From NCBI GenBank assembly GCA_031416315.1, contig JANOTL010000075.1:1-64000 (forward strand): a stretch of DNA of 64,000 nt, read 5' to 3'. The position numbers and the translations under genes are program-made. This document shows, one piece after another, positions 1-8,936 of the stretch (the first letter of the stretch is position 1; each line of letters starts with the position of its first letter). This stretch comes from Pseudomonadota bacterium (GTDB lineage: Bacteria > Bdellovibrionota_B > Oligoflexia > Oligoflexales > CAIYRB01). Under the pieces are notes generated by a model. That model was not told the DNA's origin and did no database searches. It saw only the letters and a program-made list of their open reading frames with translations.

Positions 1-146
1 CGGAGCACGGACATGCGGCTAGCAGCCTGCCGTCAGCGGCAGGCAGAAAGCGGTCGGCGGAGCACGGACCGCGGAATGCCGCAAGCGGTCAGCGGTTGCG
101 GATCGCGGGACCGTAAACCTGCGTCCCGCGCCTTTTTAGACTCCCT
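1..146. repeat. Structured non-coding repeat region, cut by the left window edge
   Basis: CGGAGCACGGAC at 1-12 and 58-69. Hairpins at 25-44 (GCCTGCCG-TCAG-CGGCAGGC), 79-101 and 104-130. Confidence 0.45.
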
Positions 147-668
147 CTAACGCTCGAGCGCCGCCAGCACGGCCCGCGGAACATCGAGCGGCTCATCCTC
201 GGACGCCAGCTCCTGCTCCCGCATCAACTCCTGGTCCGACGCACAATTCTCCCCGTCCCGCACTCCCGGCGCCCGCGCGTTGAACGCCAAACATCCATAG
301 GGCTTCGCTTCCGGCACGATCGTGCACCGCCCCAAATCCGAGAAAAACGGGCACGTGTAACGCCGCCGTCCAAAGACCCTCCGGCCGTCGCCCGGCGCCG
401 GCCGATCCAGCCCGAAGCGCGCGATCGTCGCGCGCAGCACCACGCGCATCTCCTCGGTATCGCGCCCCGTCTCGCGCAAGTGCGCCGCAAGCTCGTCCGC
501 TTCCAGCGCCGAGATCCGCATCGAGTTCTTCTCGAACGTGCAGCACGTCCCACGGCAGCCGCGGCACGAAATCCCCGCCCCCTCCAGCTTCGCCATCGCT
601 TCGATCAACGGCAAACGCCGCGAAGAAGTCTCCTTCTCCGCGGCGTCGCGTTGTTCTTCTCGGCTCAA
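147..668 (-). CDS. YkgJ-family cysteine-cluster (Fe-S/Zn-binding) protein
   Basis: CRGCRGTCC, CPFF...RCTI...KPYGCLAF pattern; immediately downstream of pnp; TTG start. Confidence 0.75.
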   Translation of the reverse strand: MSREEQRDAAEKETSSRRLPLIEAMAKLEGAGISCRGCRGTCCTFEKNSMRISALEADELAAHLRETGRDTEEMRVVLRATIARFGLDRPAPGDGRRVFGRRRYTCPFFSDLGRCTIVPEAKPYGCLAFNARAPGVRDGENCASDQELMREQELASEDEPLDVPRAVLAALER

Positions 669-672
669 GCGC

Positions 673-2766
673 TCAGTGCGTGGGCTTTTTGCCCAGCGCG
701 GCCTTGCGCGAAAGCTTGATTTTGCCCTGGCGGTCGATGTCCAGAACGCGGACGATGACTTCCTCGTTCTCTTTCAGGACGTCGGTCACTTTGTTGACGC
801 GGCCTTCTTCCAGCTCCGAGATGTGGCAGAGGCCTTCCTGGCCCGGCTTGATCTCGATGAAGGCGCCGAAGTCCATGATCCGCTTCACGGTGCCGAGATA
901 GATGCCGCCGACTTCCGGGTCGGTGGTCACGGCGCGGATGAGCTTTTTCGCCGCTTCGGCGGACACGACGTCCGGGGCGACGATGTTGATCATGCCGTCG
1001 TCGTTGATGTCGACCTTGGCGCCCGACTCCGCGACGATGCGCTTGACGTTCTTGCCGCCCGGGCCGATGAGATCGCGGATCCGGTCCGTCGGGATCTTCA
1101 GCTGGAAGATCCGCGGCGCATACTCGCTGAGCTCTTTCGGGGCGTTGATCGTCTCGTTCATCTTCTTCAGGATGGTGCGACGGCCTTCTTTGGCCTGATC
1201 GAGCGCTTCGCGCATGATCTCTTTGGTCAGGCCGCCGATCTTGATGTCCATCTGGAGCGCCGTGATGCCGTTCTCGCCGCCGCAGACTTTGAAGTCCATG
1301 TCGCCGAGATGGTCTTCGTCGCCGAGGATGTCCGACAGGACCGCGTACTTCGAGCCTTCCATGATCAGGCCCATCGCGATGCCGGCGACCGGCTCGGCCA
1401 AGGGCACGCCGGCGTCGTAAAGCGCCATGACGCCCGAGCACACCGCGGCCATCGAGGACGAGCCGTTGGACTCGAGGGTCTCGGAGACGAGGCGGATGGT
1501 GTAGCCGAACTTGTTCTTGTCCGGGAGGACGGCGGTGATCGCGCGCTCGGCGAGGGCACCGTGGCCGAGCTCGCGACGGCCCGGAGCGCCGATGCGCTTC
1601 GGCTCGCCGACGGAGTATCCCGGGAAGTTGTAGTGCATCATGAAGCGCTTGTACTCGTCGACCATGTGGACCGAGTCGAGGCGCTGCTCGTCGTCGCCGC
1701 CGCCGAGGGTGACGATCGCGACCGCTTGGGTCTCGCCGCGCTGGAAGAGCGCGGACCCGTGCGGACGCTTCAAGACTTTCGTCTCGCAAGTGATGTTGCG
1801 GACGTCCTTGAAGCCGCGACCGCCGATGCGGCGCTTCTCGTCGAGGATCTGGGCGCGCATCATCTTGTACTTGAGGTCCTCGACGATGAGCTTCACTTCG
1901 CCCTTGAGCTTGGCTTTCTCGTCGTCGGTGGTGAGCACGGCCGCGGCGACCGTCTTGCCGACGAGTCCCATCGCCTTCGAGCGCTCGCCCTTCTCGTTCA
2001 TCGCCAGGGCGGCCGCGATCGGGCCTTTGCCGGCGGCGAGGCAGCGCTCGTAGAGCGCCTTATCGAACTCTTTCTTCTCCACCTTGCGCTTCGGCTTGCC
2101 GATCGCCTTCTGCACTTCGATCTGGACGTCGAAGAGGGGCTTCATCATCTCGTGCGCCTTGGTGATGGCGTCGAGCATCTGGTCTTCGGAAAGGAAGTTG
2201 GCGCCGGCCTCGACCATCAGGATCGCGTCCGGACGGCAGGCGACGTTGAGGTCCAAGTCCGAGGAGTCTTTCCACGGCGGATCGAGGATCAGCTTGCCGT
2301 CCTTCATGCCCATGCGCAACGAGGCGACGGGACCGTTGAACGGGATGTCCGAGATCATCAGCGCGGCCGATGCGCCGAGCAGCGCGAGGGGCGCCGGATG
2401 GTGGGCCGGATCGACCGACATCACCGTGGCGACGACCTGCGTCTCGTTCATGTATTCTTCGGGGAAGCTCGGGCGGAGCGGACGGTCGATGACGCGGGCC
2501 GTCAGGGCCTCGCGGTCGCTCGGCTTCATCTCGCGCTTGAAGAAGCCGCCCGGGATGCGACCCACGGAATAGAACTTCTCGAAGTAGTCGACGGTCAACG
2601 GGAAGAAGTCCTGGCCTTCTTTCGGCTCGGCGGCGGCGCAAACCGTCACGAGCACTTGCGTGTCTCCCGACGAGACCATCACCGATCCGCCGGCTTGCTT
2701 CGCGTATTTCTGGAATTCCAACCGGATCAGCTTGTCGCCGATGGTGACTTCACGCACGAGACTCAT
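673..2766 (-). CDS. pnp: Polyribonucleotide nucleotidyltransferase (PNPase)
   Basis: FFPLTVDY, RRELGHG, SNGSSSMA and DMDFKV motifs; C-terminal KH and S1 domains; follows rpsO. Confidence 0.99.
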   Translation of the reverse strand: MSLVREVTIGDKLIRLEFQKYAKQAGGSVMVSSGDTQVLVTVCAAAEPKEGQDFFPLTVDYFEKFYSVGRIPGGFFKREMKPSDREALTARVIDRPLRPSFPEEYMNETQVVATVMSVDPAHHPAPLALLGASAALMISDIPFNGPVASLRMGMKDGKLILDPPWKDSSDLDLNVACRPDAILMVEAGANFLSEDQMLDAITKAHEMMKPLFDVQIEVQKAIGKPKRKVEKKEFDKALYERCLAAGKGPIAAALAMNEKGERSKAMGLVGKTVAAAVLTTDDEKAKLKGEVKLIVEDLKYKMMRAQILDEKRRIGGRGFKDVRNITCETKVLKRPHGSALFQRGETQAVAIVTLGGGDDEQRLDSVHMVDEYKRFMMHYNFPGYSVGEPKRIGAPGRRELGHGALAERAITAVLPDKNKFGYTIRLVSETLESNGSSSMAAVCSGVMALYDAGVPLAEPVAGIAMGLIMEGSKYAVLSDILGDEDHLGDMDFKVCGGENGITALQMDIKIGGLTKEIMREALDQAKEGRRTILKKMNETINAPKELSEYAPRIFQLKIPTDRIRDLIGPGGKNVKRIVAESGAKVDINDDGMINIVAPDVVSAEAAKKLIRAVTTDPEVGGIYLGTVKRIMDFGAFIEIKPGQEGLCHISELEEGRVNKVTDVLKENEEVIVRVLDIDRQGKIKLSRKAALGKKPTH

Positions 2767-2807
2767 TGGGGCTTTCCTTTAGACAGCGTCGGAAACAACC
2801 AACCAGA

Positions 2808-3077
2808 TTATTTGCGGATCCCGAGGTCGGTGATCAGCTTCTTGTAAGCGACGGCATCGCGGCGGTGGAGATAGTCGAGAAGGCGGCGGCGCTGGCCGAC
2901 CATCTTCATCAGACCCGTGCGCGAATGATGATCCTTCGGGTTGGCTTTGAAGTGATCATTCAAATAGGTGAGGCGCGCGGTCAGCAGCGCCACTTGCGCT
3001 TGCGGGGAGCCAGTGTCGCCGTCGCGGTTGCCATGCTTCTTGATGATGTCCGCAGTTTGCGCGGTCGTCAGGGCCAT
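2808..3077 (-). CDS. rpsO: 30S ribosomal protein S15
   Basis: DTGSPQAQVALLT, KDHHSRTGL, RRRLLDYL; 89 aa. Confidence 0.99.
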   Translation of the reverse strand: MALTTAQTADIIKKHGNRDGDTGSPQAQVALLTARLTYLNDHFKANPKDHHSRTGLMKMVGQRRRLLDYLHRRDAVAYKKLITDLGIRK

Positions 3078-3172
3078 GAGTCCAGTTCTCCAACGGTTAT
3101 CTATATGAGGGGACGATAGTTACCTGAATTGCCAGGGAATGGCAACGTTCTGGGGGAAATCCATACGCCGGC

Positions 3173-3200
3173 TTGACAAATCGCAAAAATATGATAAAGT
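3173..3200 (+). promoter_or_regulatory. sigma70-type promoter upstream of carD
   Basis: TTGACA (3173-3178), N16, TAAAGT (3195-3200) with a TGn extension. Confidence 0.6.
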
Positions 3201-3401
3201 ACGGATCGCTAGAACCTTACGCTGAATACTGCCGCGCTTCCTTCGGCTTGCGGGTCTCATGCTTTTCTAGCGACCCAAGAGTCATCATCGAAGTGGGATC
3301 CCCCCTACCGGCGCGAACCTCGCCCGCGGACGGCCGCTCCATGGCCTTTCGACGTAGACGGACTTCCGGATCTCAAACCGATACAACAACCGGAGTGAAT
3401 C

Positions 3402-3887
3402 ATGCAATTCAAAGTCGGTGACAAAGCGGTTTACCCGGCGCACGGCGTGGGCGTGATCAAGCGCATCGAGTCCCGGTCGGTTGGCGGCACGAATCAGGAC
3501 TTCTACGTGATCCAGATCCTGTCCTCGGGCGCGACCCTCATGGTTCCGACCAACAGCTGCGAGCGCGCCGGCATGCGCGGTCTCATCTCTGACGACGAGA
3601 TCGCCAAGGTCTATTCGATCCTCCGGAGCAAGGGCAAGGTCAGTCACACGACCTGGAACCGCCGCTTCCGCGAGTTCAACGACAAGCTCCGCACCGGCTC
3701 CGTCGGCGACATCGCCGAGGTCCTGCGCGACCTGTGCTCCCTCCGTGGAGACAAGGACCTGTCCTACGGCGAGAAGAAGATGATGGACAAGGCGCTTTCC
3801 ATGCTGGTTTCCGAGATCAGCGCCGCAGCGGGCCGGACCGACACCGACGTCGAGGCCGAGCTGCATCAAATGCTGCTGCCGAACTAG
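3402..3887 (+). CDS. carD: CarD/CdnL family RNA polymerase-binding transcription regulator
   Basis: FKVGDKAVYPAHGVG N-terminus, WNRRFRE, EVLRDL. Confidence 0.95.
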   Translation: MQFKVGDKAVYPAHGVGVIKRIESRSVGGTNQDFYVIQILSSGATLMVPTNSCERAGMRGLISDDEIAKVYSILRSKGKVSHTTWNRRFREFNDKLRTGSVGDIAEVLRDLCSLRGDKDLSYGEKKMMDKALSMLVSEISAAAGRTDTDVEAELHQMLLPN

Positions 3888-3908
3888 CCAGTCGATGCAT
3901 TCAAAATG

Positions 3909-3937
3909 ACCACGGCTCAAACGAGCCGTGGTTTTTT
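3909..3937 (+). terminator. Rho-independent terminator of carD
   Basis: ACCACGGCTC-AAAC-GAGCCGTGGT followed by a T-run. Confidence 0.85.
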
Positions 3938-3951
3938 GTTATGCTGCGCGC

Positions 3952-4587
3952 ATGCAAATCGTCAACGTCATGGCCGCGACTTTAGACGGCGCCATCGCCG
4001 CGCACGCAGACGAGGCGGACACCGCGCGCGCTGCCTCTGGTTTCACGCCGCCGGACGATCGTGACCACCTCTTGGGCCTCGTCCGCACCGCCGACGCCGT
4101 CGTCGTCGGCGCGCGGTCGCTGATCGCCAGCGGCGCCGCCTTCGAGGAGCGCAACGCGCACGGACGGCTGCCGCTCTGGGTCGTGCTCTCCAACCGCGGC
4201 TTGCCGCCAGAGCTCCCGTTCTGGCGCCAAGCCGCGGTCCCGCGCCTCCTCGTGTCCCAAAAGCCGCTCTCCATGCCGGTTTCGAGCCCTAACCTCGAGA
4301 ACCTCGTCGTCGGCCCCGGCTCCGCTCCGCGCTTCGTCGTGGAGGCCTTGAAGGCTCGTGGCTGCGAGCGGGTCCTCCTTTTCGGGGGCGCCGAGGTGAA
4401 TCGTCAGTTCTACGCCGAGGGCTTGGTCGATCAGCTATGGCTGACGGTTTGTCCATTGATTCTCGCGAGCAGTGCCGCCTTGCCCCTAGTCCGACCCGAG
4501 CTCCCCCGCCCCGTGCATCTCAGGCTGCTGACTTCCCAATCACGTGGCGATCTCGTATTCTTGAATTACCAAGTCAAGAATGTTTGA
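3952..4587 (+). CDS. RibD C-terminal (DHFR-like) domain protein
   Basis: MAATLDG, DAVVVGARS, LLFGGAEVN, LVDQLWLTVCPLI; ATG at 3952 preferred. Confidence 0.85.
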   Translation: MQIVNVMAATLDGAIAAHADEADTARAASGFTPPDDRDHLLGLVRTADAVVVGARSLIASGAAFEERNAHGRLPLWVVLSNRGLPPELPFWRQAAVPRLLVSQKPLSMPVSSPNLENLVVGPGSAPRFVVEALKARGCERVLLFGGAEVNRQFYAEGLVDQLWLTVCPLILASSAALPLVRPELPRPVHLRLLTSQSRGDLVFLNYQVKNV

Positions 4588-4608
4588 TTCTCCGCGAGGG
4601 ACGTCCCG

Positions 4609-5532
4609 ATGGGCCTTCGGATCCGCACAAACGTGCAATCTCTTGTCGCGCAGCGCCATATGATGGGCTCGACGGAAGAAGTGCAAAAGTCCACCGAGCG
4701 GTTGGCCTCGGGCTACCGCATCAACCGTGGCGGCGACGACGCCGCCGGCTTCGCCATCGCCGAGGTTCTGCGCGCCGACGTGCGCAGCTTGGTGCAGGCC
4801 CGCCGCAACGCGAACGACGGCGTCTCGCTCGTCGAGGTCGCCGAGGGCGGTCTCAACGAGATCAACAACATCATGATCCGTCTCCGGGAGCTCGGCGTCC
4901 AAGCCGCCTCGGATACGATCGGCACGCGCGAGCGCAACTACTTGAACCAGGAGTACTTCGCCCTGAAGGACGAGGTCGACCGCATCGCGGTGTCGACCGA
5001 GTTCAACGGCACGCGCCTGCTCACCGGCAACCATGCGATGCCGGAAGAGCTGATGGAAGACCACAACCTCCCGCCCCTCGAGATCCAAGTCGGCAAGGAC
5101 TACTACTTGAACGCCGACTCCCTCGAGGTGAAGAACCCGATCAACGTCATCCGCATCGACCTTTCGAAGCTCAACGCCTTCACCGACGGCGAAGGCTCCT
5201 TGAACCTCGGCAACACGCTCGACGAGGAAGGGACGCGCATCGACTCCAAGCAGAAAGCGCAGCTGTCGATCAATGCCATCGACGGCGCGATGCAGAAGGT
5301 CGCGTCCTACCGCGCCGACCTCGGCGCCGTTTATAATCGCCTCGAGAAGACAGACAAGGCCATCGCCCTCCAGGTCGAGGCCTTGAGCGCCGCTCGCTCG
5401 CGGATCAAGGACGTGGACTTCGCCTCCGAGACCGCGAACATGACCCAGCAGTCGATCATGCAGCAGGCCGGCGCCTCCGTCCTCGCCCAGGCGAACCAAC
5501 AGCCGCAGATCGCGCTCAAGCTGCTCCAGTAA
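4609..5532 (+). CDS. fliC: Flagellin
   Basis: RIRTNVQSL, ERLASGYRINRGGDDAAG, RSRIKDVDFASE, LAQANQQPQIALKLL; short variable region. Confidence 0.97.
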   Translation: MGLRIRTNVQSLVAQRHMMGSTEEVQKSTERLASGYRINRGGDDAAGFAIAEVLRADVRSLVQARRNANDGVSLVEVAEGGLNEINNIMIRLRELGVQAASDTIGTRERNYLNQEYFALKDEVDRIAVSTEFNGTRLLTGNHAMPEELMEDHNLPPLEIQVGKDYYLNADSLEVKNPINVIRIDLSKLNAFTDGEGSLNLGNTLDEEGTRIDSKQKAQLSINAIDGAMQKVASYRADLGAVYNRLEKTDKAIALQVEALSAARSRIKDVDFASETANMTQQSIMQQAGASVLAQANQQPQIALKLLQ

Positions 5533-5598
5533 GGGCTTGCGGGCAGGCGCTCCAACACTTCGACATCGTAGCGGAATCTGGCGAGCTTGGGCGAGGGC

Positions 5599-5626
5599 TC
5601 AAGCGCCGGGGCTGCCGGTCCGAAGA
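5599..5626 (+). promoter_or_regulatory. sigma28 (FliA)-like promoter
   Basis: TCAAG-N15-TCCGAAGA upstream of a lipoprotein gene. Confidence 0.55.
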
Positions 5627-5669
5627 GTGTCTTGGACCGCTCGCAAGCTAGCTTCAAGGAGTGCACATC

Positions 5670-6443
5670 GTGCGTGACACGCGCCTATGGGCCCATTGGC
5701 TCGCCGCCTCCCTCATCGGGGGAGCGTTGGTGCTTGCGCAGAGTTGCGACAGCGGCGCGCCTGTCGCGCCGCCGCCGTCGACAGCCTCGGCCACGAAAGC
5801 TGGGAGCAGCGCCGCGACCGGGAAAGACAAGGAAAAAGAAGACAAGGACGAGAAGAAGAAGGGCGACGACGACGACGACGACGACTCTTCCTCCGATAAG
5901 GCCAGCGGCGACGACGACGACGACGACTCGGGCTCCGAAGACTCGAGCGGCTCTTCCTCCGACGACTCCGGCAGCGATGCCTCGGGTGACGACGCCTCGA
6001 TTGGCTCCGGTTCCGGTAGCGCCAGCATGACCGATCCCGGCTCCTACGAGCGCCCGGGCGCCGACATCGGCGACGATAAGACGAAGGCGGACGTCCTGAA
6101 ATGCATCAAAGAGGGTAAGTTCTTCGACCGGATCGCGGACGCCAACAATTGCCTGCCCCTCGATCTCGCGAAAGTCGACTGCACCGTCGACGGCATCAAG
6201 GGTTTTCTCGAGGCCATTGGCTTCACCAATCTCAAGACCTCGTTCACGGCGAAAGTCGCCGGCGAATACGCGCCCTTCCAAATCGATTTCTGCGTCGACT
6301 GTCCTCCGGGCAACGGGATCAAGCAATGCGAGACGAAGGATCCGCCGAAGAAGGGCGGTACCAAAGTGTTTTTCGCAAAGACCACTGATAGCAAGGTCGA
6401 GGTCCGCGGTATGATGATCCCGATTCGACCTTACCGAGACTGA
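5670..6443 (+). CDS. Hypothetical lipoprotein with Asp/Ser-rich linker and Cys-containing C-terminal domain
   Basis: Signal-like N-terminus ending LAQSC; D/S low-complexity tract; SD AAGGAG favours GTG at 5670 over 5661. Confidence 0.8.
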   Translation: MRDTRLWAHWLAASLIGGALVLAQSCDSGAPVAPPPSTASATKAGSSAATGKDKEKEDKDEKKKGDDDDDDDSSSDKASGDDDDDDSGSEDSSGSSSDDSGSDASGDDASIGSGSGSASMTDPGSYERPGADIGDDKTKADVLKCIKEGKFFDRIADANNCLPLDLAKVDCTVDGIKGFLEAIGFTNLKTSFTAKVAGEYAPFQIDFCVDCPPGNGIKQCETKDPPKKGGTKVFFAKTTDSKVEVRGMMIPIRPYRD

Positions 6444-6446
6444 TCC

Positions 6447-7646
6447 ATGCGTGATGTGCATGTCATCGGCCGGGGAGTTCTCTCCCCGGCCGGCCCTTTT
6501 TTGGCGGCGAACTGGGCGGCGATCGCGCGTGGCGTGCCGGCTTTCACCCTTGACGAGGAGGTCGGCTGGCTCGGGCGCTTAGGAACCGCGGGCGAGGACG
6601 TGCTGACGGCGCTCGCTGCGGAGAAAAGGCACCGGCACTCCGACCGCGCGGTGCTGATGGGGGTCGCGGTCGCGCGCGAAGCCTGGGCCGAGGCGAAAAA
6701 ACCGGGGATCGACCGCGTGCCGGGTAAGACCGCCGTGATCATGGGCTCGTCCCGCGGCGCTACGGCGACGCTCGAGCGGGAGCACGCGCGCTTCGAGAAA
6801 GAGGCGAAGGTCGCGCTGACGTCGAGCCCGACCACCACGGCCGGAGCCTTCGCGTCGGAGGTCGCGCAGGACCTGGCGCTGGATGGGATGGCGCTCTCCG
6901 TCTCGTCGGCGTGCTCCACCGGCCTAAACGCGATCGGTGTCGCGTACTCTTTGGTGGCCAGCGGTTTGGCGGATCACGCTCTCGCTGGCGGCGCCGAGGC
7001 GAGCCTGACACCGTTCACCCTGGCGCAACTCGACGGGCTCGGCGTGCGCATGGTGCGACGCGGCTCGGCGCTCTATCCGTGCCGGCCGATGCATGCGGGG
7101 CGGAGCGGGCTTGTCGCGGCCGAGGGCGCGGCCTGTCTGGCGCTGACCGCGCGGCCGGAGATCCTTTCCGGCGTGAGCCTCGGGCGCATAGGCGGCTTCG
7201 GCTCGGCGACCGAGGGCGCGAGCCGGACCGGCGTGAGCCCGGACGGGCAGGTGCTCGTCGACGCGATCGAGCAGGCGCTCGAGCAGGCGGGGCTCGAGCC
7301 GGAAGACGTCGACCTGGTCTGCGGCCACGGCTCGAGCACGGTGAAAGGCGACGCCGCGGAGCTGAACGCGTACCGCCGGATCTTCGGCGCGCATCTTCCC
7401 GCGATGAGCTTCCACAAGTGGCTCGTCGGACACATGATCGGCGCCTCGGCCGCTTATTCGGCGGCTTTGGCCTCGATGGCGCTGACGACGGGAATCGTGC
7501 ATTCCTTGCCGTATGGCGACGAGGCCGAGCTGGGATTTCCGCAGCAGCCGCGTGGGGCGCTGCGGACCGTGCTCGTGACGGCGTTCGGGTTCGGCGGCAA
7601 TGCGGCGGCGATGATCTTGACCACGGCGCCGCGGGTGGAGAGGTAA
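6447..7646 (+). CDS. Beta-ketoacyl synthase (FabF-like), stand-alone
   Basis: SSACSTG (catalytic Cys), CGHGSST, KWLVGHMIGA, AFGFGGN. Confidence 0.9.
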   Translation: MRDVHVIGRGVLSPAGPFLAANWAAIARGVPAFTLDEEVGWLGRLGTAGEDVLTALAAEKRHRHSDRAVLMGVAVAREAWAEAKKPGIDRVPGKTAVIMGSSRGATATLEREHARFEKEAKVALTSSPTTTAGAFASEVAQDLALDGMALSVSSACSTGLNAIGVAYSLVASGLADHALAGGAEASLTPFTLAQLDGLGVRMVRRGSALYPCRPMHAGRSGLVAAEGAACLALTARPEILSGVSLGRIGGFGSATEGASRTGVSPDGQVLVDAIEQALEQAGLEPEDVDLVCGHGSSTVKGDAAELNAYRRIFGAHLPAMSFHKWLVGHMIGASAAYSAALASMALTTGIVHSLPYGDEAELGFPQQPRGALRTVLVTAFGFGGNAAAMILTTAPRVER

Positions 7647-7897
7647 CGAGCGCCGCGGATTCCGGCGCGGCCCTTTACAGCAGCATCCCGGGCGAAGCCC
7701 GCGTCGCGCTCGGCGCGACCGCGTTCGGCTTTCCCGCGGAGATTTTCCACGGCAACGGCACGGAGATCGTCTCGGCCGCGAACGGGCGCACTGGCAAGGG
7801 TCTCGCGCTGGAGCTCGACGTGCCGAGCATCGTCTTCATCTGTAAGAACGATGCCGTCGGCTCCGTCGAGTGCACGGTCGTCCTCGACCGGAAGTAG
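7643..7897 (+). pseudogene. Start-less 84-codon reading frame, possible gene remnant
   Basis: Coding-like GC3-rich frame VTSAADSG...CTVVLDRK* beginning at a GTA that overlaps the KAS TAA stop; no ATG/GTG/TTG at its 5' end. Confidence 0.4.
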
Positions 7898-7917
7898 GGT
7901 CATTTTTCGGCGTCGGG

Positions 7918-8079
7918 CGTCAAGATCCTGGCGCCGTAGGGGCGTAGGACCTTTGACGTGCGGCAAGTTCGGCTGCGCGCCGGCGACGGATTTCCGCCGC
8001 TCGCGGCGTAGGCGCTTCCAGCAAAGGCGCGCAGAACGTCGGGCGCATCCGCAGCTTGCGGAGCGTCAGCTTTCCGGCG
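7918..8079. promoter_or_regulatory. Putative enhancer-binding-protein (FleQ/FlrA-like) sites
   Basis: Imperfect palindromes CGTCA-N6-TGGCG (7918-7933), CGTAG-N6-TGACG (7943-7958) and CGTCA-N6-CGGCG (8064-8079). Confidence 0.5.
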
Positions 8080-8088
8080 CGCGAGCTT

Positions 8089-8104
8089 TGGCACTGAAGT
8101 TGCT
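8089..8104 (+). promoter_or_regulatory. sigma54 (-24/-12) promoter of the flg operon
   Basis: TGGCAC-TGAAG-TTGCT matches TGGCAC-N5-TTGCW; ends 43 nt before flgF. Confidence 0.85.
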
Positions 8105-8147
8105 TCTCTGACACTGACCCACCCTTCGCTCGAACCCTAGGAACGCC

Positions 8148-8936
8148 ATGGAAAAGGCCATCTTCACGCCGCTCGCCGGCGCGCTCGCCCAGGAAAAGGT
8201 CCTGGAGATGATCGCGAACAACATGGCGAACTTGAACACGGTCGCGTTCAAAGGCGATCGGGCGACCTTCGTCCTGCAGGAGCCGGAGCCGGAGAAGAGA
8301 TACGAGAGCCCCTTGCCGCCCGCCAACTTCAAGGTCGGGATGGAGCAGCTCATGTATCTCAAGGGCAACGAGATCTTCAACGTCGGCATAGCCGAGATGT
8401 TCCGCGACACGCAGCAGGGCCCGGCCGTGCAGACCTTGAACCCGACCGACGTGATGGTCGAGGGCGAAGGCCTCTTCAAGGTCGAGACGCCGGACGGCGA
8501 GCGCTACACGCGCGCGGGCAACTTCGCCGTCTCACGCGACGGCGTGCTGGCGACGCAAGACGGCTTCCCGATCATGGGCGACAAAGGCGACATCGTCGTG
8601 CGCGCCGGCTCGTTCCAGGTGAACGACACGGGCGAGATCTGGCAAGACGGGAAGATGGTGGACAAGCTCCAGCTCTTCCGCTTCGACGACGAGAACGCCT
8701 TGGAGCGCGTCGGCGGCAACATGTTCCACTACGGCGGTCCGCCCGAGGGCGTGAAGCGCATCGCCTTGCCGAGCGTGCGCCAAGGCTTCATCGAAGGCTC
8801 GAACGTCAACGCGATCAAGAACCTTACGGACATGATCATCGCGCATCGCTCCTACGATGCGTACCAGAAAGCAGTGCAGAGCTACGACAAGATGATGGAC
8901 CGGACGAATAATTCTATCGGCGAGGTACGTGCCTAA
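8148..8936 (+). CDS. flgF: Flagellar basal-body rod protein FlgF
   Basis: IANNMANLNTVAFK, YTRAGNF, IEGSNVN; precedes flgG. Confidence 0.9.
   Translation: MEKAIFTPLAGALAQEKVLEMIANNMANLNTVAFKGDRATFVLQEPEPEKRYESPLPPANFKVGMEQLMYLKGNEIFNVGIAEMFRDTQQGPAVQTLNPTDVMVEGEGLFKVETPDGERYTRAGNFAVSRDGVLATQDGFPIMGDKGDIVVRAGSFQVNDTGEIWQDGKMVDKLQLFRFDDENALERVGGNMFHYGGPPEGVKRIALPSVRQGFIEGSNVNAIKNLTDMIIAHRSYDAYQKAVQSYDKMMDRTNNSIGEVRA

Noticed and set aside
538..2847. Long antisense or alternate-frame ORFs (e.g. 538-2847 +, 34620-37013 +, 34756-36846 -, 56109-58283 -)
   Set aside because: Shadow ORFs of well-conserved genes, expected from high GC3 codon bias; no recognisable motifs.
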